Shown here: positions 1-11,030 of the stretch, piece after piece
Numbering within the stretch: the stretch's first letter is position 1
How the letters are laid out: every line of letters begins with the position of its first letter
The notes under the pieces: model-generated
The model's database searches: none
What the model saw: the letters and a program-made list of their open reading frames with translations, nothing else
Told to the model about the DNA's origin: nothing
Assembly: GCF_036321535.1 (NCBI RefSeq)
Contig: NC_087437.1
Coordinates: 68,698,001 to 68,762,000 of the forward strand
DNA length: 64,000 bases
Reading direction: 5' to 3'
Source of the DNA: Camelus dromedarius
Taxonomy: Eukaryota
Made by a program: the position numbers and the translations under genes

Positions 1-962
1 AAGGCAAAGCCAAGTTGATGGAGTTTGAAAGCTATACGCCACATCCAGTTCAGACACAATTTTCAAAGAATGAATTTTAATGTGCACAGCCCTATTAGCA
101 TAGGATCAGATTCCTAACAAATTGATTGGACATGCAAAAAGAGTCCGTGTCCTAGATTTAATGTCATTACGCAGCCTTAAACACAGCTGTGCAGCAAGCC
201 TTTCATTCTGGATGGACATGAGCACATTGAATGGTTCTGAAGGCGATTGGCTGGTTGATTTCCTACAGTACAATTTTCAATAATGACAAATTTAATGATA
301 TCACTATTGTATTATTTAGCAAGAGAATGCGTGTCCTATTTTGTACAACCATCAATGACTATTTAAATTTGCACAAGAGTATGAATGCACAAATTTTCAA
401 ATAGATCCAGAGACACCCAGAATTCTTTGGTTGCGAGGAGGTAGATTCACCCAGCTCTGCCATGATCCTTACCCAACCAAAGATGAAGATAATCCTGTAC
501 TTTAGATTGTAACCTTATCCAGTTTTCTCTGTATTATTCCTGAGTACTGGCTTCTTGCTGCTTTCAATCTTTTCCTGGAAATGTCCATTTCAGTTGTGTA
601 TATGATAAATTTTTATTTTAATTTTTAATGTTTTCCTTACTCTATCCAGGGATATATGCTCACATAAGCATTGCATATTCAAGAATATTATGTATATAAA
701 CTACTGAGCGTGTGTCATTGTTTCACAGAGACTATGCAAATGTCAAAGAGGAAACATAGTACTGTTATTCTTAATTTTGTGCCATATGAGAGTTTGGACA
801 GAAAGATGTGCATACATTTTGTCAAATTAAATTTTAATCAATTATAGATTATTAGTAAAAAGGCAATGGCCAAAAAGTGAAGAAAAATAAATTCTTATGA
901 AATCCAGTCCTAGAACTTGTGTCTGTTTACAAAATAAATGCCTTATAAACTGTTCATTTTTT

Positions 963-1160
963 AAAAATATATATATATAAATTTTACTTATTTTGATATG
1001 TTTTATTACTTTTTAAAATTTATCTTTTTGTAGGGAGGTAATTAGGTTTGTTTGTTTGTTTGTTTGTTTGTTTATTGTTTAACAGAGGTACTGGGGATTG
1101 AACCCAGGACCTTGTGCATGTTAAGCATGCCCTCTACCACTAAACTATACTCTCCCCCCA
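963..1160 (-). mobile_element. tRNA-derived SINE (camelid Vic-1-like) with long AT tail
   Basis: Minus strand reads GGGAGAGTATAGTTTAGTGGTAGAG...CTGGGTTCAATCCCCAGTACCTC (A/B boxes), then (AAAC)n and CCTAATTACCTCCC; TSD aaactgttcatttttt (947-962) / aaactgtttatttttt (1161-1176). Confidence 0.9.
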
Positions 1161-2049
1161 AAACTGTTTATTTTTTGTAGTATAGCTTTATATTTGTTAC
1201 TTATGATTTGTGTGGAATCTAAATAAGAAATATGGGTAGGATACACGTAAGAAATCAGTGTAGTTACAAATGATCACATTGCCAATCATCTTGTGAAAGT
1301 AGCCTAGCAGTCTGTGGTCTTAGGGAAGCTGTACAAATCTCTGGCAAAGAGAGTTCAGAGATAAAAGATTTCTTTACTATGGTGGGAACTTTTCATGATT
1401 GAATCAAAACAGAAACAGCTGTTTTGCAGTTCACTGTAATTGTACCAGGGGAGTATTCATTCTCTCCCATTTTATTGAGAAGAGCCTATTCTGAGCAGTG
1501 AATATAATTAGTCAATAAATAACTCCAACTTTATGCCTAAGGAGTTTAGCTTCAGGGCAATTGTAATAGCAGGCAGTTAGAACAGACGTGGGCATTCTAT
1601 CAGAGGCCTATACACAAAGTTACCCAACAGAAGCTGATCCTTTTAAGTTGTATTATAAATCTAAGCCAACACCAGATAGCTTGTTTACAAAAAATGGGAG
1701 GAAGTTAAGAGCTTCTGTGGAGTATTGTGCAGAATTAATAAACTTTTTTACTCTAAAGGTTAACAATGTTTGTTTTGCATCGTTAGAAATTATCTATAAA
1801 ATATTACAAGTAATAAATTGGTCAAGAAAATTATAAACTAGATTTTGAACTTCTTTCAAAAATGACTTAAAATTAAAGATGTATTAACATGATCAAGAAG
1901 GGAAATAATTTAGTGTACTTCAATAAACATTTATTGAGTTCTCATATATGCCAAGTATTCTCTCAGAAATATAAAGATGAGTATAGTCCTTGTCTTTGAG
2001 GGACTTATATTCTGGGAAGATTTCACCAATGGGTAATCAAATAGTTAAA

Positions 2050-2423
2050 AAAATTTTTTTTAATTTTTCTTCAACTGTAGTTGATTTGAAATGTGTTAGT
2101 TTCTGGTGTGCAGTATAGTGATTCAGTTATGCATATACATGTATTCCTTTTTATATTCTTTTTCATTATAGGTTATTACAAGATACTGTATATAATTTCC
2201 TGTGCTATACCATAGGACCTTGTTGTTTCTCTCTTTTATATATGGTAGTGTGTATCTGTTAATCCCAAACTCCTAATTTATTCCTCCCCCTACCCTCCCT
2301 TTTGGTAAACAAAAGTTTGTTTTCTATGTCTGTGAGTCTGTTTCTGTTTTGTAAATAAGTTCATTTGTATCATTTTTTAGATTCCACATATAAATGGTAT
2401 CATATGACATTTGTCTTTCTCTG
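2050..2423 (-). mobile_element. L1 3' UTR fragment (cetartiodactyl type)
   Basis: T-tract, then tgtgttagtttctggtgtgcagtatagtgattcag...tcctgtgctatac...ttttagattccacat, the typical L1 3' end in antisense. Confidence 0.85.
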
Positions 2424-3009
2424 TAGTTTTAGTGTTTCATAAAATGTAGCCACAGAAGGGCATAGAGGTTCCTGTGAGCAGAGTGGAGAAGGGGGTCTTG
2501 GGCAGCCTACATGGGCAGGAAGACCTCTTGGATATTGGCAGAAGTTCTGAGGTTCATCAGGCAGGGAAAGGAGGAGAAAAGAACATCTGTGTGTGTTTAA
2601 TTATCCGATGATGCTATATGTCATAAATAAGATTAGAAAAATGACTGGCATATCCTCCCCTACTTTTCTTTTTAATCCTCTTGCTTCTCCCATTTTCCTT
2701 GACTTTCAGTATTCCTTTGGGGTTTTAGAAAAAGAGAACCGTGGGAAGGAGGTGAAAAATTAAGAGGGGTGGCTTGCTCTGTTCCTGGATGATCTCCTCC
2801 ATAGTGTTCAGCTTCCTTATCCTTTCAAAAATGATTGGGTTAGAACATAAGCTGTTGATTCAAACTATCTTTCTGTAATAATTAACCACTCTTCACCAGC
2901 ACACTCACAAGTTTTCAAAAGTCAGAAGAGTCTATGGAATCTTCCTGAATCTCTTCCTTTTATAAGGTTCATTTTAACCTCAGGAAAAGAATGACAGTAA
3001 AAAACTTTT

Positions 3010-3215
3010 GCTATTTAACATAGCATACTTACAAGTGCTGCCATGCACCTCCTGTGGAAGGTCCGATTTAATCCTTACAACAGTGTGAGGGGCAGATATC
3101 ACTTTCCCTGTTTTATACATGATAAAACAGAGACCCAAAGGTTAAGTAATTTCTCCAGATTTATTCAGCTAGTAAGTTGTGGAGTCAGTGTTTGAACCCA
3201 GGCAGTCAAACTCTT
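3010..3215 (-). mobile_element. MIR SINE
   Basis: tttaatccttacaac...gataaaacagagacccaaaggttaagtaatttctcc...tttgaacccaggcagtc MIR core. Confidence 0.75.
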
Positions 3216-3319
3216 AAACCTTGTTCAATAGTGGCCCCTTGTTGGCTATTAATTTCATAAATATTTAGTACGTCTTCAATATACATGTGGATTGTTCATG
3301 TGGATTGTTTTATGTCTTA

Positions 3320-3510
3320 CAGCATTTTATAGAATTAATCCTCATATAGAATATTTAATCCTCAACATTAGGATCTAGTAGGTAGGTAAGCCAGTTAGCA
3401 AAACTTCACAGATGAGAAAACTAAAACTTAAAGAACTTGAATTGATCAGTGTGTCAAAATTAAGAAGCGACAAGTCTCAAACCAGAGTTTTTTGACAAAC
3501 TAGTCTGTGG
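3320..3510 (-). mobile_element. MIR SINE
   Basis: ttaatcctca...cacagatgagaaaactaaaactta core. Confidence 0.55.
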
Positions 3511-4074
3511 TTCTTTTCAGACCAGTAAAACTGTTAGTTAATGTTAGAACCATCAGTGTAACATATGAGGATAAAAATAAATCTGATCATATAAATGACA
3601 CATACAAAGTCAGATTCTGAATTTGTGAAAGACTCAACCCTAGAACCAGGTCCTGTTCTGATAGCCATGCAGTCTTTTCGTCAACCACATCATTTGAAGA
3701 CCTTGAGGAGATACTGCAGTAGTTCTTTTTCATTGTTAAGAATCTTGAGTAGGTTATAAACTGCCCTGATGTCTCATTTGGTTTGGGTGAAGTAGAAAGC
3801 TGGCAGTTGCAAATAATTATAAAAATTAGAACTATAGCAGAAGTTTGTGTACAGTAGAGACTTTTAAAGTTACTGCCTTCTTATGGCTAATTATATAGTT
3901 GTAGGAACAATATGAAGCATTCTGGTGCTTCTATTTCCAAAGATAGATGTATACACATACAGCTGATTTTATATAGAGATGAGAAATCAGTTTCCTACTA
4001 ACATTATTAAGGATTCATTTCCTAGTCTCATACCATTGTCTTCTACCAAACTTAATCCTTTTGGGGCTTTTAGA

Positions 4075-4275
4075 GAGGCACTATACCAAAATAGAGGAAC
4101 GTGCAAACTAACTTATCTAACTTGACACCACTTAGAATTATGTCATGGTTGGAAAATTATTTAAAATCTCTTGGCCACAGTTTTCTCATCTTAGACATGA
4201 GATTAGTCATTCTTAACCAACAGGGTATGTAAAATATGCTGCCTACTGTATAATAGATACTCAATAATATGTGTT
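4075..4275 (+). mobile_element. MIR SINE
   Basis: cacagttttctcatct...gtataatagatactcaataa. Confidence 0.5.
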
Positions 4276-4475
4276 ATTATTGTTACTATATGTATAATAT
4301 ATGTATATAGTATATATATTTTATTATTGTATAAATGTGGTATACTATTGATAGTATTACTGTATACTATATTATTATATATTATTACTATATATTATAT
4401 GTGTTTATCACCATATATACATATACATATAGTTTGTGCTCACTATATAATTATTTGTTTATTTATAATACTCTA
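4276..4475. repeat. AT-rich low-complexity (TA/TAT) tract
   Basis: Degenerate TATA/TATTAT repeats; explains the Tyr/Ile-rich ORF at 4335. Confidence 0.75.
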
Positions 4476-4554
4476 TTCTGGAATTCAAATCACTATTATT
4501 TGAATCACTATCACAGTAGGTAAAGTTTCTGGTTAGAAGCCGTAAGTTCACTTT

Positions 4555-5010
4555 CTTTATTAAAAATTTTTATTGAGGTATAGTTGATTTATAACATTAT
4601 ATAAGTTTCAGGTGTACAGCATAGTGCTTCAAAATTACTAAAGATTATACTCCATTTATAGTTGTTATACAATTTTGGCTATATTCATTGTGTTGTACAC
4701 TATATCCTTGCAGCTTATTTATTTTATACATAGTAGTTTATGCCTCTTAACCTCCTACTCCTATCTTGCTCCTCTTCCCTCCACTCTCCACATGGGTAAC
4801 CATATAGTTTATTCTCTATATCTGTGAGTTCTGTTTCTTTTTTATTATATTCACTAGTTTGTTTTACTATTTTGACTCCACCTATAAATGATATCATATA
4901 GTATTTGCCTTTGTCGGACTTATTTCACTATGCATAATAACCTGTAAGTTCATCCATGTTGTTGCAAATGGTGACATTTCATTCTTTTTTATGGCTGAGT
5001 AGTATTCCAT

Positions 5011-5062
<52 letters not shown>

Positions 5063-5247
5063 CACATCTTCTTTATCCATTCATCTGTTATTGACACTTA
5101 GGTTTTTCCATATCTTAGCTATTGTAAATAATGCTGCTATGAACACTGCAGTGTATATATCTTTCAGATTAGTGTTCTTCAGATGTTTACCCAGGGGTGG
5201 AATTGCTAGATCATATGGCAGGTTTATTTTTAATTTTTTCGGGAACT
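4555..5247 (-). mobile_element. 5'-truncated L1 (ORF2 C-terminus + 3' UTR)
   Basis: Minus-strand peptides KKLKINLPYDLAIPPLG...FIAALFTIAKIWK and DEWIKKM...MEYYSAIKKNE...FATTWMNL match the L1 ORF2 end; T-tract at 4555-4575. Confidence 0.92.
5012..5059. repeat. (TG)n microsatellite inside L1
   Basis: About 23 perfect TG units. Confidence 0.95.
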
Positions 5248-6610
5248 GATAAATAAGGCAGGAAGAGATTTTAACAATAATAAAAGATTTAAATGAAAGA
5301 GATCGAGTTAGACTTCTGGTCACCCTCCCATTTAGCCTCCGTAAGCCAGGCATACTAGACAATTCATCATTCACTCCTCTTTTAAGTCACTAAAACACTG
5401 GATGATGTTACTATCTCTTCTCAAAATAAATGCCTTATTTTTAGCTTCCTAGTGATTTCCTTCCCCTTTGCTAAAACCCCTCTTAAGTAGTACATCCTAT
5501 AAGCAGGCATTGCCAATCACACACACACACACCCCTCACTCAATTTTACAGCTACCTGAATTTAACCACATTTGGGGGTAATCATTCTAAAATGCATGAC
5601 TTAACCAGAAAATTCCAAGCATCATTAACATCATTTAGCCCTTTCTTTGCAATCCAGGACAGTCATTATGGACCAGGTTTTTTGGACAGCATGGTAAAAA
5701 GGCTGTCAGCTATCACCTCTGTTCATATTTTACCTGCCTCAGACAGCTTTTGACCTTTTCTGGTTTTCTTCTACTAATCTATCAGAGGCTGAGAAGCCAG
5801 ATAACTAAGCTTTAAAAGAATTGCATATTTAAAAAGTCAATAAAGTTCCTCATGAATCCCTAAGAGCCTTAATGCAAGGCTTTGGGGTAGATATTTCTGG
5901 CTTCTCTGAGTCCTTTATCAGAGACTTCTGACAAGCTGGACCTTCTGGATAAGTGGGGAGTTACTGTATTTTAATCCATTAATGTCAACTTTAAGGAAAG
6001 ACAGAATAAAAAATGTAGATATAAACAGAATTTAAATTAGAAAGTAAGCACAAACTCACCTGGGCTATTTAAAATATAATTTAATGTAAAATATTCAGTT
6101 TATATCCAGTTTTTCCATTATGGAGTTCAGAGGTAAAAGGCCCAGCAGATAAGAATAATGAACAAATTGTTAGATTATCCTTTGCTTATACTTCAAATAA
6201 ACCAGCTAATTGTTTATTTATTTAACTAGCTGTTGCTGCCTTGATTATAGGCCATTAGTGACCATTAATAAATGAAATTGTGTTTTCATTTCCCAAAGCA
6301 ATTTTGAATTCCATAAATCTTGCATTTCTCATTAGAGATGTTAAGTTTTACATACGCTCGATCAACAAATATGATCAGGGCCTACAGTGCAACTTTAAAA
6401 GTAGAACAAAAACAAGAAAAGGATAATTTATGAACTTGCTGTTTTTCCCTGATGGAGATATTTGCCTTTAAATGTATGTCACTGGAATACTTGAAAATTA
6501 AGAAAAATGTTAAGATATATATGCTCTTCACTAATAGTAGTAGTAGTATTTTGTATGTATATGAGTAGTTTATCTATATAATTTTTTTTTTTAATTTTGT
6601 TGGTTACTTT

Positions 6611-6648
6611 TTGGAAGGCAGCTGTGCTTACCATTGTACCACCTATGC
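6611..6648 (-). pseudogene. 5'-half tRNA-Gly(TCC) retrocopy
   Basis: Minus strand GCATAGGTGGTACAATGGTAAGCACAGCTGCCTTCCAA versus tRNA-Gly-TCC GCGTTGGTGGTATAGTGGTNAGCATAGCTGCCTTCCAA; ends at the anticodon loop. Confidence 0.8.
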
Positions 6649-6654
6649 AAATTA

Positions 6655-6787
6655 AGTTTAAAAAAATTTTTTTTGGGGGTGTGATTAGGTTTTTATTTAT
6701 TTATTTATAATGGAGGTACTGGGGATTGAACCCATGACCTTGCACAGGCTAAGCATGTGCTCTACCACTGAGCTACACCCTTCCCGC
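6655..6787 (-). mobile_element. Vic-1-like SINE (5' part of the chimeric insertion)
   Basis: GGGAAGGGTGTAGCTCAGTGGTAGAGCAC...GGGTTCAATCCCCAGTACCTCC on minus. Confidence 0.9.
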
Positions 6788-6844
6788 TGTTGGTTACTTT
6801 TTCATATTCATTTTTTGAAGTCTTTTTTATTTATCTAATTTGTT

Positions 6845-6887
6845 CATTTTTTTGTTTCTTTGTTTTTTGTGTGGGAGGTAATTAGAT

Positions 6888-6928
<41 letters not shown>

Positions 6929-7005
6929 GTGGAGGTACTGGGGATTGAACCCAGGACCTCCTGCATGCTAGGCATGCACTGTACCATTGAGCTATACCCT
7001 CCCCC
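6845..7005 (-). mobile_element. Vic-1-like SINE with (AAAT)n
   Basis: GGGGAGGGTATAGCTCAATGGTACAG...GGGTTCAATCCCCAGTACCTCC, (TTTA)n array at 6887-6925. Confidence 0.92.
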
Positions 7006-7639
7006 TCCCCATTAAAATGTTTTAATATTCATCACATTTGATATAAGTAGATATTACTCCAATTTCATTAAAAAAAAAGGAAAATGGAAGCTTAAAGAAT
7101 TAAATTATTGTCCACACAAAACTACATTGCAATCTCTAATCCTCTACTAGTTGGCCAAGTAATAAGACATCTTAATTGACATTCTGAGCCTTATTTTCAT
7201 CTCCCATTGAAAACAGAACTAAGAATTTTTTATGTTATTTATTTTTTTTTAGTTATCTTGAGAACTGAATGAAGACATTGTAGGGAAAGTGCTGGGCCCA
7301 CTGTTGACGCTTAATTGATATGATTTTGTTTTCCCTCTTCATTAAAACATATCTTCTTGTTTTTTAAAGATTCTAACATTTGTAAAAGAAGACAAAACAC
7401 TAAATTATTTTATAAGGTTGACTGTCATAATTAATTCAGAAAATTAACGTGGTTAAAATATGTTGAATTTATGATAAAACCTACTCTAATAAATGAATAT
7501 TTTAGATTTAGAAAGATAATTTACTATATATGGTTTAGATGGATGCTAAATGAGTTTGTGCCAAATATGTATCCGGTGACAAAACTATTTTTACCACTCA
7601 TATTCTCATATTAGTATACAGAAATAGAGTATATGAAAT

Positions 7640-7790
7640 AAAAACAGTAGTCTTGGGGGAGTCAGAAGGCCATGAGCCAGGCCACTAACTGTGTGACTCT
7701 GAGCAAGTTACTCAACCTCTCGGGTTTCATTTTACTCATTGATACTTGTAAAAGTTAAAATAAATCATTTCTAAGGCACTTTCCAGCTGT
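7640..7790 (+). mobile_element. MIR SINE
   Basis: gccactaactgtgtgactctgagcaagttactcaacctctcgggtttcatt core. Confidence 0.7.
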
Positions 7791-8424
7791 TAGAAAACAA
7801 AATTCCCAAACTCCACGTAACAGAAGTTTTTTGAAATATTTTTACCTTAAAAAAGTTAATTCTCAAGTAAATCTTAGATATATGAATATTATCCCCTCCT
7901 TTAGATAATTCACAATACATAGTAACATATTAAAGGCTCTGAAATGTCCTGTAGTAATGACATCCTGATTCACCTATGCATGGGTTAAAGTTAACTTTAA
8001 TTAATTGAAATCAGCATTCCCTAATCTTTTTGAACCGTAGAACCTCTTTTTTGGGGAGTGTGGTTAATACCTGCAAAAGATATCATCATCTTTCTGAGAG
8101 TAGGTGTTAGAACAGGTAGCACACTTTTAAAAGTTACTGATTTTTAGTAATTTTAAAAGATTTTAAAACAATTTTTAGATTTTTCTAAAATCTAACTGCA
8201 TTTTGAAATAATGAAAATATGAACCTGTCTAGAGGCACTCACCAAGATATGATTAACTGCATACGCATTTAAGTGAATTTGGGCTTTCTATATTTCCATC
8301 TCTCCTAGTCGTGCACTGCACATTCGTGAGAATTCTGAAATAATTTCAGACCAATGAGTACGTTTTAGATCCAATGGGATCTCCTTCAAAGAAGCTCTTC
8401 ATTTCCAACAGTTGGTCATTTGAA

Positions 8425-8660
8425 TAGTGGGGCAGCCTTGGAGTGTGGACATCCAGCTTTGAGTTCAGTTTGTCTGTGGATCCTCTGTAATCCTGGACAA
8501 CTTACTTAACTTCTTTGAGTGTGCATTCCCTCATTTTTAAAGTGGAGATACGATTTATTACTCATCTCACAGCTTCACTGTGGATATTATTTGGCATAAG
8601 GGATGGAAACAAACTTGTAAAAGTGTTAAGTTCTATGTAAATGAAAAGCATTATTAATAG
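8425..8660 (+). mobile_element. MIR SINE
   Basis: tgtaatcctggacaacttacttaacttctttgag...ccctcatttttaaagtggagat. Confidence 0.7.
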
Positions 8661-8700
8661 AGTCTGTGCTCAATAAATATGTCTAAATTCACTTTTTGCT

Positions 8701-8849
8701 GAAGTGGGTATAGCTCAGTGGTAGAGTGCATGTTTAGTATGCACGAGGCCCTGGGTTCAATCTCCAGTAACTCCATAAAAAATATAATAATAACAATCAA
8801 TCAATCAAATTACCTCCCCCTGCCAAAACAAATAAATAAATAAATAAAA
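8701..8849 (+). mobile_element. Vic-1-like SINE
   Basis: gggtatagctcagtggtagagtgcatgtttagtatgcacgaggccctgggttcaatctccag...aattacctccccc...(aaat)n. Confidence 0.92.
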
Positions 8850-9842
8850 CCACTTTTTATGTCTTTTAAAAAAATAAGCCTGGGGCGTGGGGGGAATTGC
8901 CGTAGAATTGTAGGACTAGAAGGGGTACCATTGACTGTCCCCTGGCTTCATTTTTTAAATAAAGTATTAAGGCACAGAGAAACTAAGTGAGCTTTGTAAG
9001 TCAGTTGGCCAGGATAGAGCCAGTGCCCTGAGTTGATTCCTCTGACTCCAGTCTTTTAATCCCTGGTACAACCACAGTGGCTCAGTTTGTAACCAGCAGA
9101 GCATACTTTCTTCCCTGTTTTCATTGTCATGATGAGCCAAATACTTCAACTGTTAAAGAAAAAAACATATTCTAAGAAGGGCATTGCTCTTGAAATATTA
9201 CTGCTTTCTTTTCTTTATTTAAAATTTCGTTTTCCTGTTTTGTTTTGGGGTTTTTTTTGCCATTAAGTAAAATTAATTCCATTTTTCTCATTTATGTCAT
9301 TTTTTTTTTAAAGATTCTTGGCCAGTCCTTTTATTTTCTGTTTTTTTTTATACCCTTTTTGATGCTAAGCTATAATTTTATTTCGATTTAGGATAAAGTC
9401 AGAATAGACTCTAAATGTGGGTTCTACCTGGGTTATTTATCAGCTATGTATATTTCATTTCCTTAATCTAGTTAGCTCTTTGGTATATAAAGATATACAA
9501 CTTTTGGTCAGTGGATAATTTGATTATAAGTAAGTCACACAGAATTTTCATTTCATAGCAATAGTCCAAAGAATGTACTGGTAACATCTCAGGTTTATTT
9601 GTCATTACTGCTAAGAATAGAAAGTGTTGCATTGAACCTAAACAGAATCTTAAGAGAGTTGGATTAATTCAGAATATTTACCTGATTATGAAGGTTGTGA
9701 TTACTGAAATAAGTTACTATCCAAAATTCATTCTTTGAAATATAAATGAAATGTCTTCTTGACTCTTTGAAAGATTTTTGTTTTCCACGGAAATCTGGGA
9801 TCTCATGGGCTCTCTCTCTCTCTCTTTTTTTTTTTTAATGTA

Positions 9843-10058
9843 CAAATAACCCTTGAACAACATGGATTTGAACTGCTTATGTCCACTTATATGAGGATTT
9901 TTTTAAATAAACGCATACTGCAATACACAATTCGAGGTTAGTTGAGTCCATGAATGTGAAACCGAGGATATGGAGGGTAGACTGTAAAATTGTATGTGGG
10001 TTTTCCACTCTAGGCAGTGTTGGTGCCCCTAACCCCTGTGTTGTTCAAGGGTCAACTG
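9843..10058. mobile_element. Tigger2-family MITE (TcMar)
   Basis: TIRs caaataacccttgaacaacatgg / cctgtgttgttcaagggtcaactg, flanked by TA at 9841-9842 and 10059-10060. Confidence 0.88.
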
Positions 10059-10756
10059 TAGTTCTATTTAAGGTGGTCTTATAGACAAATCCTTTCTTTC
10101 ATTTTTCTCCCCAACAAAAACTATCCAAGTTATAACTCTTTTCCCCCATGGAATAATGAGCATCATATAATGATATTCTGAAAATGCATACAATATTTTA
10201 GCAAGTAGCTCTTTAGAAATAGGTGAAATATTCCCATTAAAATGACTTATTTTACTTAGACTTTAATAGGTTTCAAAGACTTAGAAGGATAGCATGTTAA
10301 CAGAAGAAAAAAAAAAGATTCTACTAAGTAAGTATTGATAGATCTAGTTTCTGATTTCCCCTTAAGCACTAACCCAGCTATGCAGCTTAGGCAAGGCAAC
10401 TAATCCCTCTCAACTTCACATTTATAATGTACACATTGAGGCAGTGTTACTTGCTTAAAGCCCTCTGGTAGACTGCATGTATACATGGGGTCTATACTGA
10501 GACCTAATTCTATGACTTTCCAGGTCATGACAGAGAGACAATGAGTCACTTCAGTATAATGTGAATAAAATCATTTCTTTCTCCAAATTATTGCTGCTAA
10601 CTCCTCCTTGAGCAAAAAGAAAATTCTTATTTCAAATGAGAAATAATACCATTTTACTGAATTTGCAGAGGTAGAAAAATGACCATTGATATTCATTCAT
10701 GCTCTCTTCTGAAGGTAATGACTTACAGCAGTGGGGAAGTCCTGGACCTTCCTATC

Positions 10757-11030
10757 TGTCTTAGATTGGATTATCTGGGAAACAGACTATGAGTCAGAAG
10801 TTTGTTTATAGGAGATTTACTGAGGAGTGCTCTCAGGACAACACCTGCAAGGGACAAGGGAAGCAGGATTGGGCAGGGGGGAAGCTCGACTGCAATGTAG
10901 CTCTGCTCATTTTATAGGGACCTCAGGAGGTGAGATGGCCCGTTGGGCTTATCCCAGTTGAGACAAAGGGTTGAAGGGACCCACTGTAACCAACCTCTAG
11001 CAGTAATTTGTTGCTCTCCTGGAGGGATGG
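10757..11030 (-). mobile_element. ERV-L 3' LTR (LTR16-like), apparently truncated
   Basis: tgtcttagattggattatctgggaaacagactatgag...atttactgaggagtgctctcagga...gggaagcaggattgggcagg; similar to the LTR at 14003. Confidence 0.8.

Noticed and set aside
8701..8775. Apparent tRNA gene with A and B boxes
   Set aside because: It is the head of a SINE, followed by the family-specific tail; same for the other four copies
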